A DNA stretch of 64,000 bases. Source: an uncultured Nitrososphaerota archaeon (lineage in GTDB: Archaea; Korarchaeota; Korarchaeia; Korarchaeales; Korarchaeaceae). The DNA lies in contig CAZQNA010000004.1 of assembly GCA_964594835.1 (NCBI GenBank), positions 32,001 to 96,000 on the forward strand. The letters run 5' to 3'. The notes beneath the pieces are model-generated. The model did no database searches, was not told the DNA's origin, and worked only from the letters and a program-made list of their open reading frames with translations. How positions within the stretch are numbered: the stretch's first letter is position 1; every line of letters begins with the position of its first letter. The translations under genes were made by a program, and so were the position numbers. Shown here piece by piece: positions 8,991 through 18,815 of the stretch.

Positions 8991-9158
8991 TCAGAAGGGG
9001 TTCTGACCGGGCTTCCTACCGAGGATGTACCTCTTCCTGTAGAGGGACTTCATCCTGACTCTGGGAACTGGAGACCTCCGCGGCCTCGCCTCAACCTTGG
9101 GAGTGAGAGAGCGCACCTTACCAGCCTTGTTGAGCGCTCCGTGAGTACCTCTAGGCAT
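8991..9158 (-). CDS. rps30e: 30S ribosomal protein S30e (not in ORF track)
   Basis: Manual translation MPRGTHGALNKAGKVRSLTPKVEARPRRSPVPRVRMKSLYRKRYILGRKPGQNPF*; HG.L.KAGKVR..TPK signature; GGAGG upstream. Confidence 0.95.
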   Translation of the reverse strand: MPRGTHGALNKAGKVRSLTPKVEARPRRSPVPRVRMKSLYRKRYILGRKPGQNPF

Positions 9159-9196
9159 TCACATCCCTCCCGATGGTTTCTCCGCTCCGTCCTATT

Positions 9197-11245
9197 TTAA
9201 TGTGACGCGTTCTCCTCGCTGAGGAGGCTCTTCCTATACTCCCAGAGTATGCTGAGGATGTCGCCGCCCTCTCTCTCCCCAGATCCTTCCTCCTCCTCGG
9301 CGGGCTCCTCCTGGGGCCTCCTCTTGGCCGCCACCTTCAGGAGAAACTCCTCTCTGACGTGGGGCACCGCCCCCCTCCAGCGTATCCCGACGGAATCCGC
9401 GTCTTCGACGGTTATCCCCTCCTCCTCCATGGATGAGAGCACCTCTGGCGGCGGTGGCGATCCCATGTAGATCACGGCCCACACTCCCGCGTCCTTCAGC
9501 AGCTTCACCGACCTTGGCCCCGCGCTTGAGGCGTCCCCGACTAGCACCACGTCGCCCTCGGCTATGGCGCCCCCCGCCAGTGCCTCCTCGAGGGCCGAGC
9601 GGGACAGGCTCTCCACGGCCTTTATCGGGACCCAGCCGGGACCCAGCTCCTCGACGACCTCCCCCCTCAGCGAGCGGAGCTCGGCCCTCAGGGAGTCTAT
9701 GACTGCGTCCCTCCTTCCGACCTCGGCCTCGAGCAGGCGGATCCTCTCTCTGAGATGTGAGACCAGTCTGTCTCTCTCGAGTTCTCTCTTCTTCCTTCGC
9801 TTTATCCTGTCTAGCTCCTCCATGAGCCTGGTGACCTCCCTCTCGAGCTCTTCGACCCTCCCCCTGTAGTAGTCCAGCTCCTCCTCGAGGGACCTGATCT
9901 TCTCCGCCTTGGACCTGAGGATCCTCCTGAGTTCTATGATCTCCCTCTGCTTGGCCTTCAGGGACTCGACCTGTTCCTCCTGCTCCGCCTCCTCTCTCTC
10001 CCAGATCCTCGCCCCCTCTATGGCCTCCACTATCGAGGCCCCCCTCGTCAGGAGTTCGTACAGGCGGGTCCGGTCCACCAGCCCGGCGCCCCCCTCCATC
10101 TCCCTGAGGTGTCCCTCCGCCTTCTCAAAGAGCACCTTCATCCTCTGATAGACCTTGATGAGCGGCGCCAGGGCGTCCCTCTCGTGGGACGTGCTCACGG
10201 AGATTCCCTGCCTCTCCTCGAACTCTCTGACAATCCTTATCTTGTCCTCGATCTTCATGTGCTCGTTCAGAGCCATCAGCCTGGCCCCAAACGCCTGGGC
10301 TATCTTGACGACGTTCTTTGGGGGTGGAGACACGTCCGTCGTGATGAGGACCGGTCGGCCGTACTGCGCCAGGGTCTCTATGACCTCCGACCTGGAGGCC
10401 CTCCTCATGGTCTCGAGTCCCAGTATCCTCCCGTAGAGGTCCATGACGGCTATCCCTATGGACATCCCCGGGTCGATGCCGACCATTATGGGGCGCGGCC
10501 TCCTGCCGAGCTCCGTCCTCGTGAACTCTATCCTCTTCTTCCAGGAGGGGTCTATCTGAACCTTGACCGGACCCCACTCGTGCTCCCGGACCACGGACAG
10601 AATCCGCTCCCGGGGGGCGTAGACTATGAACTCGGCCCTCTTGAGGCCACCGGGGCCCCTCTCCACGTAGAGGTCGTAGTCTATCCCGGCCCTGTCGAAC
10701 TCGGCCGACACCCTGTTGGCCTCGCTGAGGATGGCGGCCTCTATGAACCTCTTCCACCTGGCGCTGCCCGATCCCCCCTGCCTGACGCTCCTGTTCTTCG
10801 ATATCACGACCCGGTACTCGGGGTTGAAGGCCACGACCTCTGAGCCGTACCCAAGTGCCGCCAACTCTGCTATGAGCTTCGCGCTCTCCAGGGAACCCGG
10901 CTTCCCCTCGACGCTGATTCCAGCATCTCTCGCAAGCTTTCTGAGGGAGACCCCCTCTCCCGGGGGCCCCGTGACCTGAATTATCTTGACCTCCTCGGGT
11001 ATCGAGGATATCAGGCCCTTCAGGGACCTTGAGTCGCCAGCAAGCTCGAATATGTTGTCCACCGCGAGGTACCCCCTTCCCATCTGCCTGACCAGCCTGA
11101 GCAACTCCGCGAGGGTGACCCCGTCGAAGAGCCTCGGCTCCTCGTCCTCGGACAGCAGACAGGCCGAGTACTTCGGCGCCGCCTTTCCCCTGGGGGAGCC
11201 CGCCTTGATGTCCACCCCCAGGACCGGGACCCTCAGGTACCTCAA
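9197..11245 (-). CDS. DUF460/COG2433 protein (RNase H-like folds plus long coiled coil)
   Basis: VLGVDI, LAVDNIFEL, IQVTG, VGIDPG, HERDALA motifs and a heptad-rich C-terminal half; TTG start near 11245 chosen from TATA position. Confidence 0.85.
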   Translation of the reverse strand: MRYLRVPVLGVDIKAGSPRGKAAPKYSACLLSEDEEPRLFDGVTLAELLRLVRQMGRGYLAVDNIFELAGDSRSLKGLISSIPEEVKIIQVTGPPGEGVSLRKLARDAGISVEGKPGSLESAKLIAELAALGYGSEVVAFNPEYRVVISKNRSVRQGGSGSARWKRFIEAAILSEANRVSAEFDRAGIDYDLYVERGPGGLKRAEFIVYAPRERILSVVREHEWGPVKVQIDPSWKKRIEFTRTELGRRPRPIMVGIDPGMSIGIAVMDLYGRILGLETMRRASRSEVIETLAQYGRPVLITTDVSPPPKNVVKIAQAFGARLMALNEHMKIEDKIRIVREFEERQGISVSTSHERDALAPLIKVYQRMKVLFEKAEGHLREMEGGAGLVDRTRLYELLTRGASIVEAIEGARIWEREEAEQEEQVESLKAKQREIIELRRILRSKAEKIRSLEEELDYYRGRVEELEREVTRLMEELDRIKRRKKRELERDRLVSHLRERIRLLEAEVGRRDAVIDSLRAELRSLRGEVVEELGPGWVPIKAVESLSRSALEEALAGGAIAEGDVVLVGDASSAGPRSVKLLKDAGVWAVIYMGSPPPPEVLSSMEEEGITVEDADSVGIRWRGAVPHVREEFLLKVAAKRRPQEEPAEEEEGSGEREGGDILSILWEYRKSLLSEENASH

Positions 11246-11315
11246 CAGGGGGCGACCCGCTCCTCGATCCCGCCTCTGGCGTTTTAAAGGTTCGGCGGTG
11301 GGAGGCTGCGTAATC

Positions 11316-12611
11316 ATGGGTTCCGCCCGCGCGGCGTCGGCGCTGCTGGCCCTCCTAGCGCTGGCCTCCATCCCAGCGTCCGCCGCGCAGCCGGAGGCGT
11401 CCTTCCAGGTGCAGGTCTCCAGCCCCTGCTACGTGGGGCTGCCGTGCAGGGTAAGGGTGAACCTGACCTCCGCCCCCCCGGGGGTCGCGATAGTAGGGCT
11501 CCGACTCTCACTCCCCTGGGGGCTTGTCAACCTTCTGCCCCTGGAGATCTCTCCCGGGATCCTGGAGACCTCTTTCACCCCCCCGAGGGATGTCCAGCCT
11601 GGGGTCTACTACGCCCTCCCCCAGCTCGTGGGTCGAGAGGGCGGCACGGGGAGGCTCGTGGTTTTCACCGGGACGCTCACCGTGGTGAGATTGAGCGAGC
11701 CCGACCTCATCGTAAAGATCGGCCTGCAGGTGGGTGACATTCCCCTAGAGCCCGGGAGGCCCGCCAGGGTCAACGTGACCTATCTGGTCCTGAACCTACC
11801 TCAGGGCGTCACGCCCAGGCTCGATATCCTCGTGAACGGGAGTGGAGTATACTCCTCACCCCTCGCGGAGTCCTCGGGCGAGGTCTTCACCTCTCTGGTT
11901 ACCCCCTCGGGGGCTAGGGCTCTTCACGTGATGGCGAGGATCTCGATCGGGCTTCACTCCTTCGAGAACTCTACCATAGCGCCGATCTCCCCCGAGAGAC
12001 CGCCCATCAACGTTGGAGAGGCCATGGTGCTCATCGAGGCCGCCAACCAGTCCCTGATGCAGGTTCAGCTCCTCCTCGGGAGGGCAGCCTCCCAGGGCAT
12101 CCCGGTGTTCGAGGTCGGTGCGGCGGATCTGCTGGCCTCCGCCGACTACCTCTTATACGAGGCCAGGAGGGAGGTTGACAGGGGAAACGCCAGCGCGGCC
12201 GGCCTCGCGGCCCTCGCGTTCAACCTCACCCAGGAGGCCCTGGAGAGGATATCCGAGGCCTACGTCTCCACGGCCAGGTCCAGGTTGGCCGAGATCAACT
12301 CGACCCTAGTCCAGCTGAGGGACCTCGGCTCTTCTGAGGATCTGCTGGAGGCGGCCGAGGGAAAGATCCGGGAGGCCTTCAACCTGACAGAGGAGATGGC
12401 CGGGGCCGACCCGTCCAGCCTGCCCGACCTCTACGACAGGTTGGGAGAACTCCTCTCAGAGGCCTCCTCAGCCCTGTCGCGGGCTGAGGAGCGTAGGAGG
12501 GCCATGGTCTCTAGGCTGACCGCCCTCGCAATCGCTCTGAGCGCCGCCCTCCCCCTCTTCTACAGCTACGCGGCGCTCAGAGCCTGGAGGCGGCTTCTGA
12601 CCCTCGGATGA
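11316..12611 (+). CDS. Secreted, C-terminally membrane-anchored protein (beta-rich N-half, helical coiled-coil stalk, TM)
   Basis: Signal peptide MGSARAASALLALLALASIPASAA; N-x-S/T sequons; Ala/Glu/Leu helical region; C-terminal hydrophobic helix followed by RR. Confidence 0.8.
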   Translation: MGSARAASALLALLALASIPASAAQPEASFQVQVSSPCYVGLPCRVRVNLTSAPPGVAIVGLRLSLPWGLVNLLPLEISPGILETSFTPPRDVQPGVYYALPQLVGREGGTGRLVVFTGTLTVVRLSEPDLIVKIGLQVGDIPLEPGRPARVNVTYLVLNLPQGVTPRLDILVNGSGVYSSPLAESSGEVFTSLVTPSGARALHVMARISIGLHSFENSTIAPISPERPPINVGEAMVLIEAANQSLMQVQLLLGRAASQGIPVFEVGAADLLASADYLLYEARREVDRGNASAAGLAALAFNLTQEALERISEAYVSTARSRLAEINSTLVQLRDLGSSEDLLEAAEGKIREAFNLTEEMAGADPSSLPDLYDRLGELLSEASSALSRAEERRRAMVSRLTALAIALSAALPLFYSYAALRAWRRLLTLG

Positions 12612-12613
12612 CC

Positions 12614-12853
12614 TCACTCCTCAACTGTGATGAACAGCACGTTGTTTCCCCTTATGAAGAGCGTCCCGACGCTCCTCTTGACCTCCTTGCTGTGGGGGTC
12701 CCTCTCCTTGGCCGAGTCCAGCACCAGGTTCATCATGTCGTCAAAGCTGCGGAGCCGCCCGGCGATCTCTATGCCGTTCTTCAGGCGAACGACTATCTCC
12801 CCGCCGTAGGCCGCCTTTAGGTAGGACAGGGGGGACTGCTGACCCTTCTGCAT
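12614..12853 (-). CDS. Sm-like (Lsm/SmAP) RNA-binding protein
   Basis: V.VRLKNG....G.L.SFD.MMNLVL (Sm1) and G.LFIRGNNV (Sm2); ATG at 12853. Confidence 0.95.
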   Translation of the reverse strand: MQKGQQSPLSYLKAAYGGEIVVRLKNGIEIAGRLRSFDDMMNLVLDSAKERDPHSKEVKRSVGTLFIRGNNVLFITVEE

Positions 12854-12929
12854 TCCATACCACCGTTCCCAATCTCTGGGTAGAGAGAAGGGGGAGTTCC
12901 CGGGAATAAATAGGTTCCTACCCTCCAGC

Positions 12930-13571
12930 TCACCTTGAGCTGAGGGCGATCCTCTCGATCTCCTCCTTCCTCCTGATTGCGTGGCTCCTCGTCCTGTCAT
13001 ACTCGGCCGCCGCTATTATCTCCTCCGCGAGAGCCTCGGCCAGGGACATGGGACTCCTGAAGGCCCTGATTGCCGCCCCTTGGGCTATGTTCCTGAGGGC
13101 CAGGTCCACCATACGCGTGGGGGACGTGTCGACCGCGTGGAAGTAGGTGACTCCGCCGTACATTATGCGGGTCACCTCCTCTCTTATGGCCGCGTTCTCT
13201 ATGGCCTTCAGGAGGACCTTGACCGGGTTCTCCCCCGTCCTGAGCTCTATGATCTCAAAGGCGTACTTGACGGTCCGAAGGGCCTTGAGCTTCTTGCCCT
13301 GGTTCCTGCTGTTCACGTGGTCTTTCTTCACGCCCGCGTTCTTCGCCTGCATCATCAGCCTGTTGACGAGCCTCTCGACGATCATGACCTCCAGCTTCCC
13401 GAAGGGCCTGTGCTCGTGCCTCCCGCCCGAGTGGGGCAGGTACACCGGCCTTATGGAGATCACTCCCCTCAGGGCGGGGTTCTCAACCTCCACGCCGTCG
13501 AGGGTCCACCTTCCAAACAGCTTGATCTCGGGCCCCTGCCGAGCCTCCTCGGACCTCTCCTCCTCGCTCAA
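12930..13571 (-). CDS. rps7: 30S ribosomal protein S7
   Basis: [38 protein letters not shown]. Confidence 0.98.
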   Translation of the reverse strand: MSEEERSEEARQGPEIKLFGRWTLDGVEVENPALRGVISIRPVYLPHSGGRHEHRPFGKLEVMIVERLVNRLMMQAKNAGVKKDHVNSRNQGKKLKALRTVKYAFEIIELRTGENPVKVLLKAIENAAIREEVTRIMYGGVTYFHAVDTSPTRMVDLALRNIAQGAAIRAFRSPMSLAEALAEEIIAAAEYDRTRSHAIRRKEEIERIALSSR

Positions 13572-13577
13572 CGGACT

Positions 13578-14018
13578 TCACCTCGTGGGCTTCTCCTTCT
13601 TTCCGGTCAAGATGGCCTGGAGGGAGACGTTGTTCACCTTGATGACCTTGTACCTGACGCCGGGGATGTCGCCGTAGCTCCTCCCCCTGGATCCCCCTAT
13701 CCCCTCTATTATGACCTCGTCGTGCTCGTCGATCACGTTCAGCGCGCCGTCTCCCGGGGCGAAGGCCGTCACGACTATGCCGTTCTTGGCCAGCTGGACC
13801 CTGACCGCCTTCCTGAGCCCGGAGTGCGGCTGCCTGGCCTCGAGCCCGACCTTCTCTATCACGATCCCCCTGGCCATCGGCGCGCCCTCGAGCGGATCGA
13901 ACCGCTCCTTGAGCCTGAGGACCCTCCTCCGGTACTTCCAGTCGTGCCACCTCTTCTCCTTGTACTTCTCCCTGAGGGTCCTGGCGGCGTAAAGCCCGAT
14001 CGGAGATTTCTTTCCCAT
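13578..14018 (-). CDS. rps12: 30S ribosomal protein S12
   Basis: [46 protein letters not shown]. Confidence 0.98.
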   Translation of the reverse strand: MGKKSPIGLYAARTLREKYKEKRWHDWKYRRRVLRLKERFDPLEGAPMARGIVIEKVGLEARQPHSGLRKAVRVQLAKNGIVVTAFAPGDGALNVIDEHDEVIIEGIGGSRGRSYGDIPGVRYKVIKVNNVSLQAILTGKKEKPTR

Positions 14019-14073
14019 CCTCAGATCCCCTCTCAAGCCCGCTTATCTCTACTCCTCGGCGAGGGAGTCTCGC

Positions 14074-14538
14074 TCAGGCTATTTTAACGTTATCTATCCC
14101 CATCCAGCGCTTCGCCAGCATCCTCGCCCGCCTTATCCGCCTCCCCCCCGACCCTATGGCCACGCTCTTGTCCTCCTCGGGCACCCTGACTATCGCCACC
14201 CTCGACTGCCCCCTCCTCACTATCCTGACGGAGCTGACCCTGGCCGGGCTGAGGAGGTTCTTGATGAACCTCACCGGATCGTCGCTGTACTCGACGACCT
14301 CTATGTCCTTCTTCAGGTCCCTCCAGAGCATCCTCCTCATCGCCTTCAGCTTGGACCCGTCCCTGCCCACGGCCATCCCAAGGTTCCCCGGGGAGACGAC
14401 GAAGATCAGCCTGTTCTCCTCCGGATCCTCCACGACGTCTATGGCGGGGACCCCGAGCATGGTCTGGAAGAGCTGGAGGTACCTAACCTGCTGCTCCGTC
14501 AGGACAACCTTGCCGGGGCCCCCGGCCCTCCCGCTCAA
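14074..14538 (-). CDS. nusA: Archaeal NusA (two KH domains)
   Basis: G.AVGRDG and AIG.GGR.I KH motifs, VVEYSDD; canonical position. Confidence 0.95.
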   Translation of the reverse strand: MSGRAGGPGKVVLTEQQVRYLQLFQTMLGVPAIDVVEDPEENRLIFVVSPGNLGMAVGRDGSKLKAMRRMLWRDLKKDIEVVEYSDDPVRFIKNLLSPARVSSVRIVRRGQSRVAIVRVPEEDKSVAIGSGGRRIRRARMLAKRWMGIDNVKIA

Positions 14539-14849
14539 GTGGATACCACCTCAAGGATGGAGGACTCGCCCTCCTCCATTATCGCGGCGGCCGACACGAA
14601 GAAGGGCTTTCTCATGGCCCTGCCCAGGCTGAGACTCCCTCCCTCGTGGAAGATCACCGGTACTCCAGCCATCTGAGCCAGGTACTCGATCTCCCTTTTG
14701 ACCGCCTCTGGGGCGTTCCTCGCCAGGACTATGAGCTTCGGCCTCTCGGTCCCAGTCTTCAAGAGCCTCGCGACCTTCTTTGCCCCTATCAAGACCTTCC
14801 CAGTGGAGTACGCGAGCCAGATCTCCTTGTCCAGTTCGGGCACGATCAC
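14535..14849 (-). CDS. rpl30e: 50S ribosomal protein L30e
   Basis: TGKV.IG, LIVLA.NAP, LG....KPF.VS...I..EG.S.I. Confidence 0.95.
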   Translation of the reverse strand: MIVPELDKEIWLAYSTGKVLIGAKKVARLLKTGTERPKLIVLARNAPEAVKREIEYLAQMAGVPVIFHEGGSLSLGRAMRKPFFVSAAAIMEEGESSILEVVST

Positions 14850-17800
14850 GTCACCTCCCTCAGGAGCTCCTCGGACTTACGCCAGTCCCACCGGACCTCT
14901 ACCCTGCCTGTCCCGACCGGCGGGGTCTGGCCCATAATTAAGGCGTCGAGCGGGCCCCTGATCGGGTTGTCCTCCCCCCTCCTCGCGGTGTTGAGGACCA
15001 CGTGGTAGACCCACTCGTACGCCATCTTGCTGAGTGGGGTCTTCATCTCGGAGAAGAAGCCGGATGGAACGCCGGAGGCCTGCAGGCTGAGGGGCGTGGG
15101 CTTGCCCGTGTGGGTCATCGCGTCGGCGACGAGGGACACGTACCTCCTGTCGACCTCCAGACCCTGCTCGCTCAGTATCCTGGAGAGCTCGTTGAGTATG
15201 CAGGCCCTGGCCGCCTCCACCCCCAGGACCTCGTATATCTCCTTGCAGTCGTTCGTGATAGTCCTGGTCGGGTCCACGAACTCCAGCCTGACGACCTCCT
15301 TCAGGTTGGAGCCCCTCGTCTTAATCACGAACTCTCCCTCCTCGGTGGCTTCCACCCAGACCCTCTCAATTCCCCCGACGCCCCTTATCCTCTTCTCGAG
15401 GATCCTCTGCGTCCACTGCCTGAGCGTCAGATAGGGCCTCTCCCTCCCGGCGGCCTCAACCATGGATATCTTCACCAGGTCCCCCTCGATCTGCACCGAC
15501 CCCTTGATCCCCTTGACCGCCTTCTTGAGGAAGTTTATCAGCTCCTCGTCGTCTACGTCGCTGTCCCTCATCTTCTCGCGGTCTAGAACCAGCTCCAGGC
15601 TGAAGGCGAGGTTGTCTATCCTGTACTCCCTCAGGAGGTCCTTGACCCTGACCTCCCTCAGCCTCTTGGCCGCCGCCTCCGCCTTCCGCCTGTCCCCGGC
15701 GTACTCGGGCTTGAGGTGGATGGTCATGGTGGGAGTGCTGGTGCTCACGTAGAACACGAGCTCCTTGAACCTCTCCACACCGTGCGTCACGTCCATGGCG
15801 AGCACTCCGGGCGCGTGGAAGGTCCTGAGGACCATCTGGGTGGTCGGCTCCGCGATGCTCTGGGCGCTGATTATCCCGATGGGGGTCAGGACCTCGACCC
15901 TGGCCTCCTCCAGCCTCCTCCTGACCTCCTCAACGACCCTCTTGGCCTCCGCCTCGCTGGCCCTAGCCTCGTAGAGGAGATCGGCCAGGTGGGATGGCAG
16001 GTCGGCCCTCCTCACTATGTCCCCTATCTTCTTCTTGGACGCGCCCCGCTTCTTCCCCGGCTTGACGATCTCTGCCACGACCCTCTTCAGGTTCACGGGC
16101 TCCCCCTTGAAGAGCTTCACGGGATCCATCCCGTCTCCGCCGAACGCGAACTGGATTATCCTGCCCAGGCTGTCCCTCACGGTCTCGTCGTACTCGACAT
16201 ATATGTCCTTGAGTGAGTTGGCCACCCTCCTGTAGAAGTATCCGCTGTCCTCGGTGCGCCTTCCCTTGTCGACGAGGGACTCCCTGCTGGTCATGGCGTG
16301 GAACACGAACTCGGCCGGGTTGAGGCCAGCCATGTACCCGTTCTTGACGAACCCCCTGGCCTCGAGCCTCAGGTCGCCCCTCTTGAAGTAGGAGAGGGCT
16401 CTCTCCCTGAAGCCCTTCTTCGGCCTTCCGCTGGTGAGCACGAACCCGACCCTGCTCTTGACCGTCTGCTGTCCCACAAGCCCCATCACCTGCGCTAGGT
16501 TGGCTATCGACCCCCTCGCCCCGGTCTTGGCCATTATCATGGCGTGGCTCTCCGGCTTGACGTACTTCCCTATGACCTCCGTCGCCTGGGTCCTGAGGGC
16601 GTCGAGGGACCGCACTATGTCGAACTCGAGCATCTGCTCCTCGAGCGTCGCCCTGAGCAGCTCCTCCTTCGTCATGTACCTCTTGGCCCCCCTGGTCCTC
16701 TCGAACTCGGCGACCCTCCTGTCCACGTCCTCGGCGGCCTTCTTGAACAGGGCCTCCAGCTCCTCCCTGGCCTGGGGCGGGAGGATGAGCTCGTTCAGGG
16801 TGACCGTCACCCCGTAGAGGAGTATGCTCTTTGCGGCGAGCCTCAGGAGCTTGTTGAGGAACTCTGCCGCCCGCTCCTCGCCGTAATCCCTGATGAGGAC
16901 GTCGATGATGGTCTGCTTCCCCTTCACCAGCGTGCCCACGGACCCCTCGTCCAGCACGCCCGAGATCAGCTTCCCGTTTATCACGAGGACGTACCCCTCG
17001 ATCGGGCTCTCCGGAGACTGACAGAGTTCCTTCTCCTTGCAGAGCTTGGCGGTGGTCTCGTACTCGAGGTCTGGCGGGAGCAGCGTGGATATCAGCTGCT
17101 TCCCGGTCCAGAGCTCCACCGGGGACTGGATGGCCGGCTCGGGGAGCTCCGTTATCCCCACGGTGGCCAGCAGCCTGGAGGCCTCCTCCCTGTCGAAGAG
17201 CGTCCCCTTCTTCGTGAGTAGGTACAGGGCCGTTATCATGTCCTGCCTGGCGCCGACTATGCTCCCCCCGGTCCTGGGAGACAGCATGTTCTTCACGACG
17301 CTCATGAGCTCCCTGGCCTCGATCCTCGCCTCCATCAGCTGCGGGGCGTGGAGGTTCATCTCGTCCCCGTCGAAGTCCGCGTTGTACGGGAGGCAGGTCC
17401 CCGGGTGCAGCCTGAAGGTCGAGCCGGGGAGCACCTTCACCCTGTGCCCCATTATGGAGAGCTTGTGCAGGGAGGGCTGGCGGTTGAATATCACGTAGTC
17501 GCCGTCCATCAGGTGCCTCTCCACCACGTCTCCGGGCTGGAGGCTCTCCGCTATCTCCTCCAGGAGCCCCCTGGCCTTCACGACCTTCAGGCTTATGGGC
17601 ATCCCTCCGCCCTTCCTGACGTAGTTGGCCCCGGGGTACTGGTCTGGACCCCTCATCACCAGCTCCTTCAGCCATTCTATGTTGCTCTCGTTCACGTACT
17701 CCGGTATGGTGAGTGTCATGGCTATCTCGACGGGAACGCCGACCTCGTCTATCTCGATCATGGGGTCGGGCGAGATGACCGTCCGGCTGGAGAAGTCGAC

Positions 17801-18802
17801 CCTCTTTCCCACGAGGTTCTTCCTGAACCTGCCCTCCTTCCCCTCGAGCCTCTGGAACAGGGACTTGAGGGGCCTCCTCGTGCCCCTCTGCATCGCGACG
17901 GGCAGGCCCGCCATGGCGTTCCTGTAGAACACGGCGACCCAGTACTGCAGGAGATCCCACTCGCTCTCAACGACGCTGTTCGGCGCCCCGGAGTTTATTG
18001 AGTCCCTGAGCTTCTTGTTGGCTTTCAGTATCTCTACGAGCATGTGGGTCAGGTCGTCCTCCGACCTCTCGCCCGTCTGGAGGAATATAGAGGGTCTGAC
18101 GCTCGGGGGAGGGACTAGTATCACGGTCAGGACGGTCCACTCCGGCCTCGCCCTCTCGGGGTTGAACCCCAGGACCATCGCGTCCTCGTCCGGGATTCTC
18201 TCCAGCCAATCCCTTATCTCGTTTGGCCTGAGCCTTCTCGGGGCAGGGTCCTTGACTATGAACTTCAGGACCTCCTCGAGGTCGACGCTCTCAACCCTCG
18301 CCCCGCAGTGGGGGCAGACGTCGTGGTGCCTGAGGTACTTCTTCACGGCCGCCCTGACGGTCCTGGTCAGGCCGTCGTTGATCTTCTCCTCGGAGTGCTC
18401 CTGCCAGAACCTCTTGGCCTCCTCCACGAACTTCTGCCGCTCCTCCTCGGGGAGCAGGAGCCTCCCGCACTTCGAGCACGTGGCGTTGAGGATGTCCTTG
18501 ATCTTCTTGACGTAACCCACGTGGATGACCGGCCTCGCAAGCTCTATCCTCCCGAAGTGGCCCGGGCACTGGTTCTGGAAGTTTCCGCAGGTGGGGCACC
18601 TCTGCCTCGGGTTCATGGTGCCGAGCCGCGGGTCCAGGACTCCCCCGGGGACCGGGAGCCCGCCCTCGTCGTACGCCGTGGGCTCCCTTATCTCGATGAA
18701 CCCTATCTTCCTGATCTCGCTCGGAGAGAGGAGACCGAAGAGGACCCTGTCTAGCCTGTGGGGCAGGGCCTCCTGGTCCGAGACTGGGCTCGTGAAGCTC
18801 AA
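14846..18802 (-). CDS. rpoA: RNA polymerase largest subunit Rpo1, unsplit A'+A''
   Basis: CPGHFG, GKRVDFSSRTVI, NRQPSLH, catalytic YNADFDGDEMN, then in the same frame the A'' motif AQSIAEPTTQMVLRTFH and PVGTG. Confidence 0.98.
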   Translation of the reverse strand: MSFTSPVSDQEALPHRLDRVLFGLLSPSEIRKIGFIEIREPTAYDEGGLPVPGGVLDPRLGTMNPRQRCPTCGNFQNQCPGHFGRIELARPVIHVGYVKKIKDILNATCSKCGRLLLPEEERQKFVEEAKRFWQEHSEEKINDGLTRTVRAAVKKYLRHHDVCPHCGARVESVDLEEVLKFIVKDPAPRRLRPNEIRDWLERIPDEDAMVLGFNPERARPEWTVLTVILVPPPSVRPSIFLQTGERSEDDLTHMLVEILKANKKLRDSINSGAPNSVVESEWDLLQYWVAVFYRNAMAGLPVAMQRGTRRPLKSLFQRLEGKEGRFRKNLVGKRVDFSSRTVISPDPMIEIDEVGVPVEIAMTLTIPEYVNESNIEWLKELVMRGPDQYPGANYVRKGGGMPISLKVVKARGLLEEIAESLQPGDVVERHLMDGDYVIFNRQPSLHKLSIMGHRVKVLPGSTFRLHPGTCLPYNADFDGDEMNLHAPQLMEARIEARELMSVVKNMLSPRTGGSIVGARQDMITALYLLTKKGTLFDREEASRLLATVGITELPEPAIQSPVELWTGKQLISTLLPPDLEYETTAKLCKEKELCQSPESPIEGYVLVINGKLISGVLDEGSVGTLVKGKQTIIDVLIRDYGEERAAEFLNKLLRLAAKSILLYGVTVTLNELILPPQAREELEALFKKAAEDVDRRVAEFERTRGAKRYMTKEELLRATLEEQMLEFDIVRSLDALRTQATEVIGKYVKPESHAMIMAKTGARGSIANLAQVMGLVGQQTVKSRVGFVLTSGRPKKGFRERALSYFKRGDLRLEARGFVKNGYMAGLNPAEFVFHAMTSRESLVDKGRRTEDSGYFYRRVANSLKDIYVEYDETVRDSLGRIIQFAFGGDGMDPVKLFKGEPVNLKRVVAEIVKPGKKRGASKKKIGDIVRRADLPSHLADLLYEARASEAEAKRVVEEVRRRLEEARVEVLTPIGIISAQSIAEPTTQMVLRTFHAPGVLAMDVTHGVERFKELVFYVSTSTPTMTIHLKPEYAGDRRKAEAAAKRLREVRVKDLLREYRIDNLAFSLELVLDREKMRDSDVDDEELINFLKKAVKGIKGSVQIEGDLVKISMVEAAGRERPYLTLRQWTQRILEKRIRGVGGIERVWVEATEEGEFVIKTRGSNLKEVVRLEFVDPTRTITNDCKEIYEVLGVEAARACILNELSRILSEQGLEVDRRYVSLVADAMTHTGKPTPLSLQASGVPSGFFSEMKTPLSKMAYEWVYHVVLNTARRGEDNPIRGPLDALIMGQTPPVGTGRVEVRWDWRKSEELLREVT

Positions 18803-18815
18803 TCAGGCCACCCCC

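Noticed and set aside
9197-11371. ORF-track N-terminal extensions (DUF460 to 11371; 10986 start of the surface protein; rpoH to 22875; radA from 48937; aIF2a from 31258; Lsm to 13000)
   Set aside because: Extensions overlap neighbouring real genes or promoters; shorter starts fit family N-termini and TATA/RBS positions
14040-14073. Small hairpin between nusA and rps12 as a possible S7 autoregulatory element
   Set aside because: Short GC-rich stem with no recognisable S7-binding features; cannot be distinguished from chance
15963-17960. 665-aa alternative-frame ORF in rpoA and many similar G/R/P-rich overlapping ORFs across the window
   Set aside because: Expected in high-GC DNA; low-complexity translations overlapping confidently identified genes
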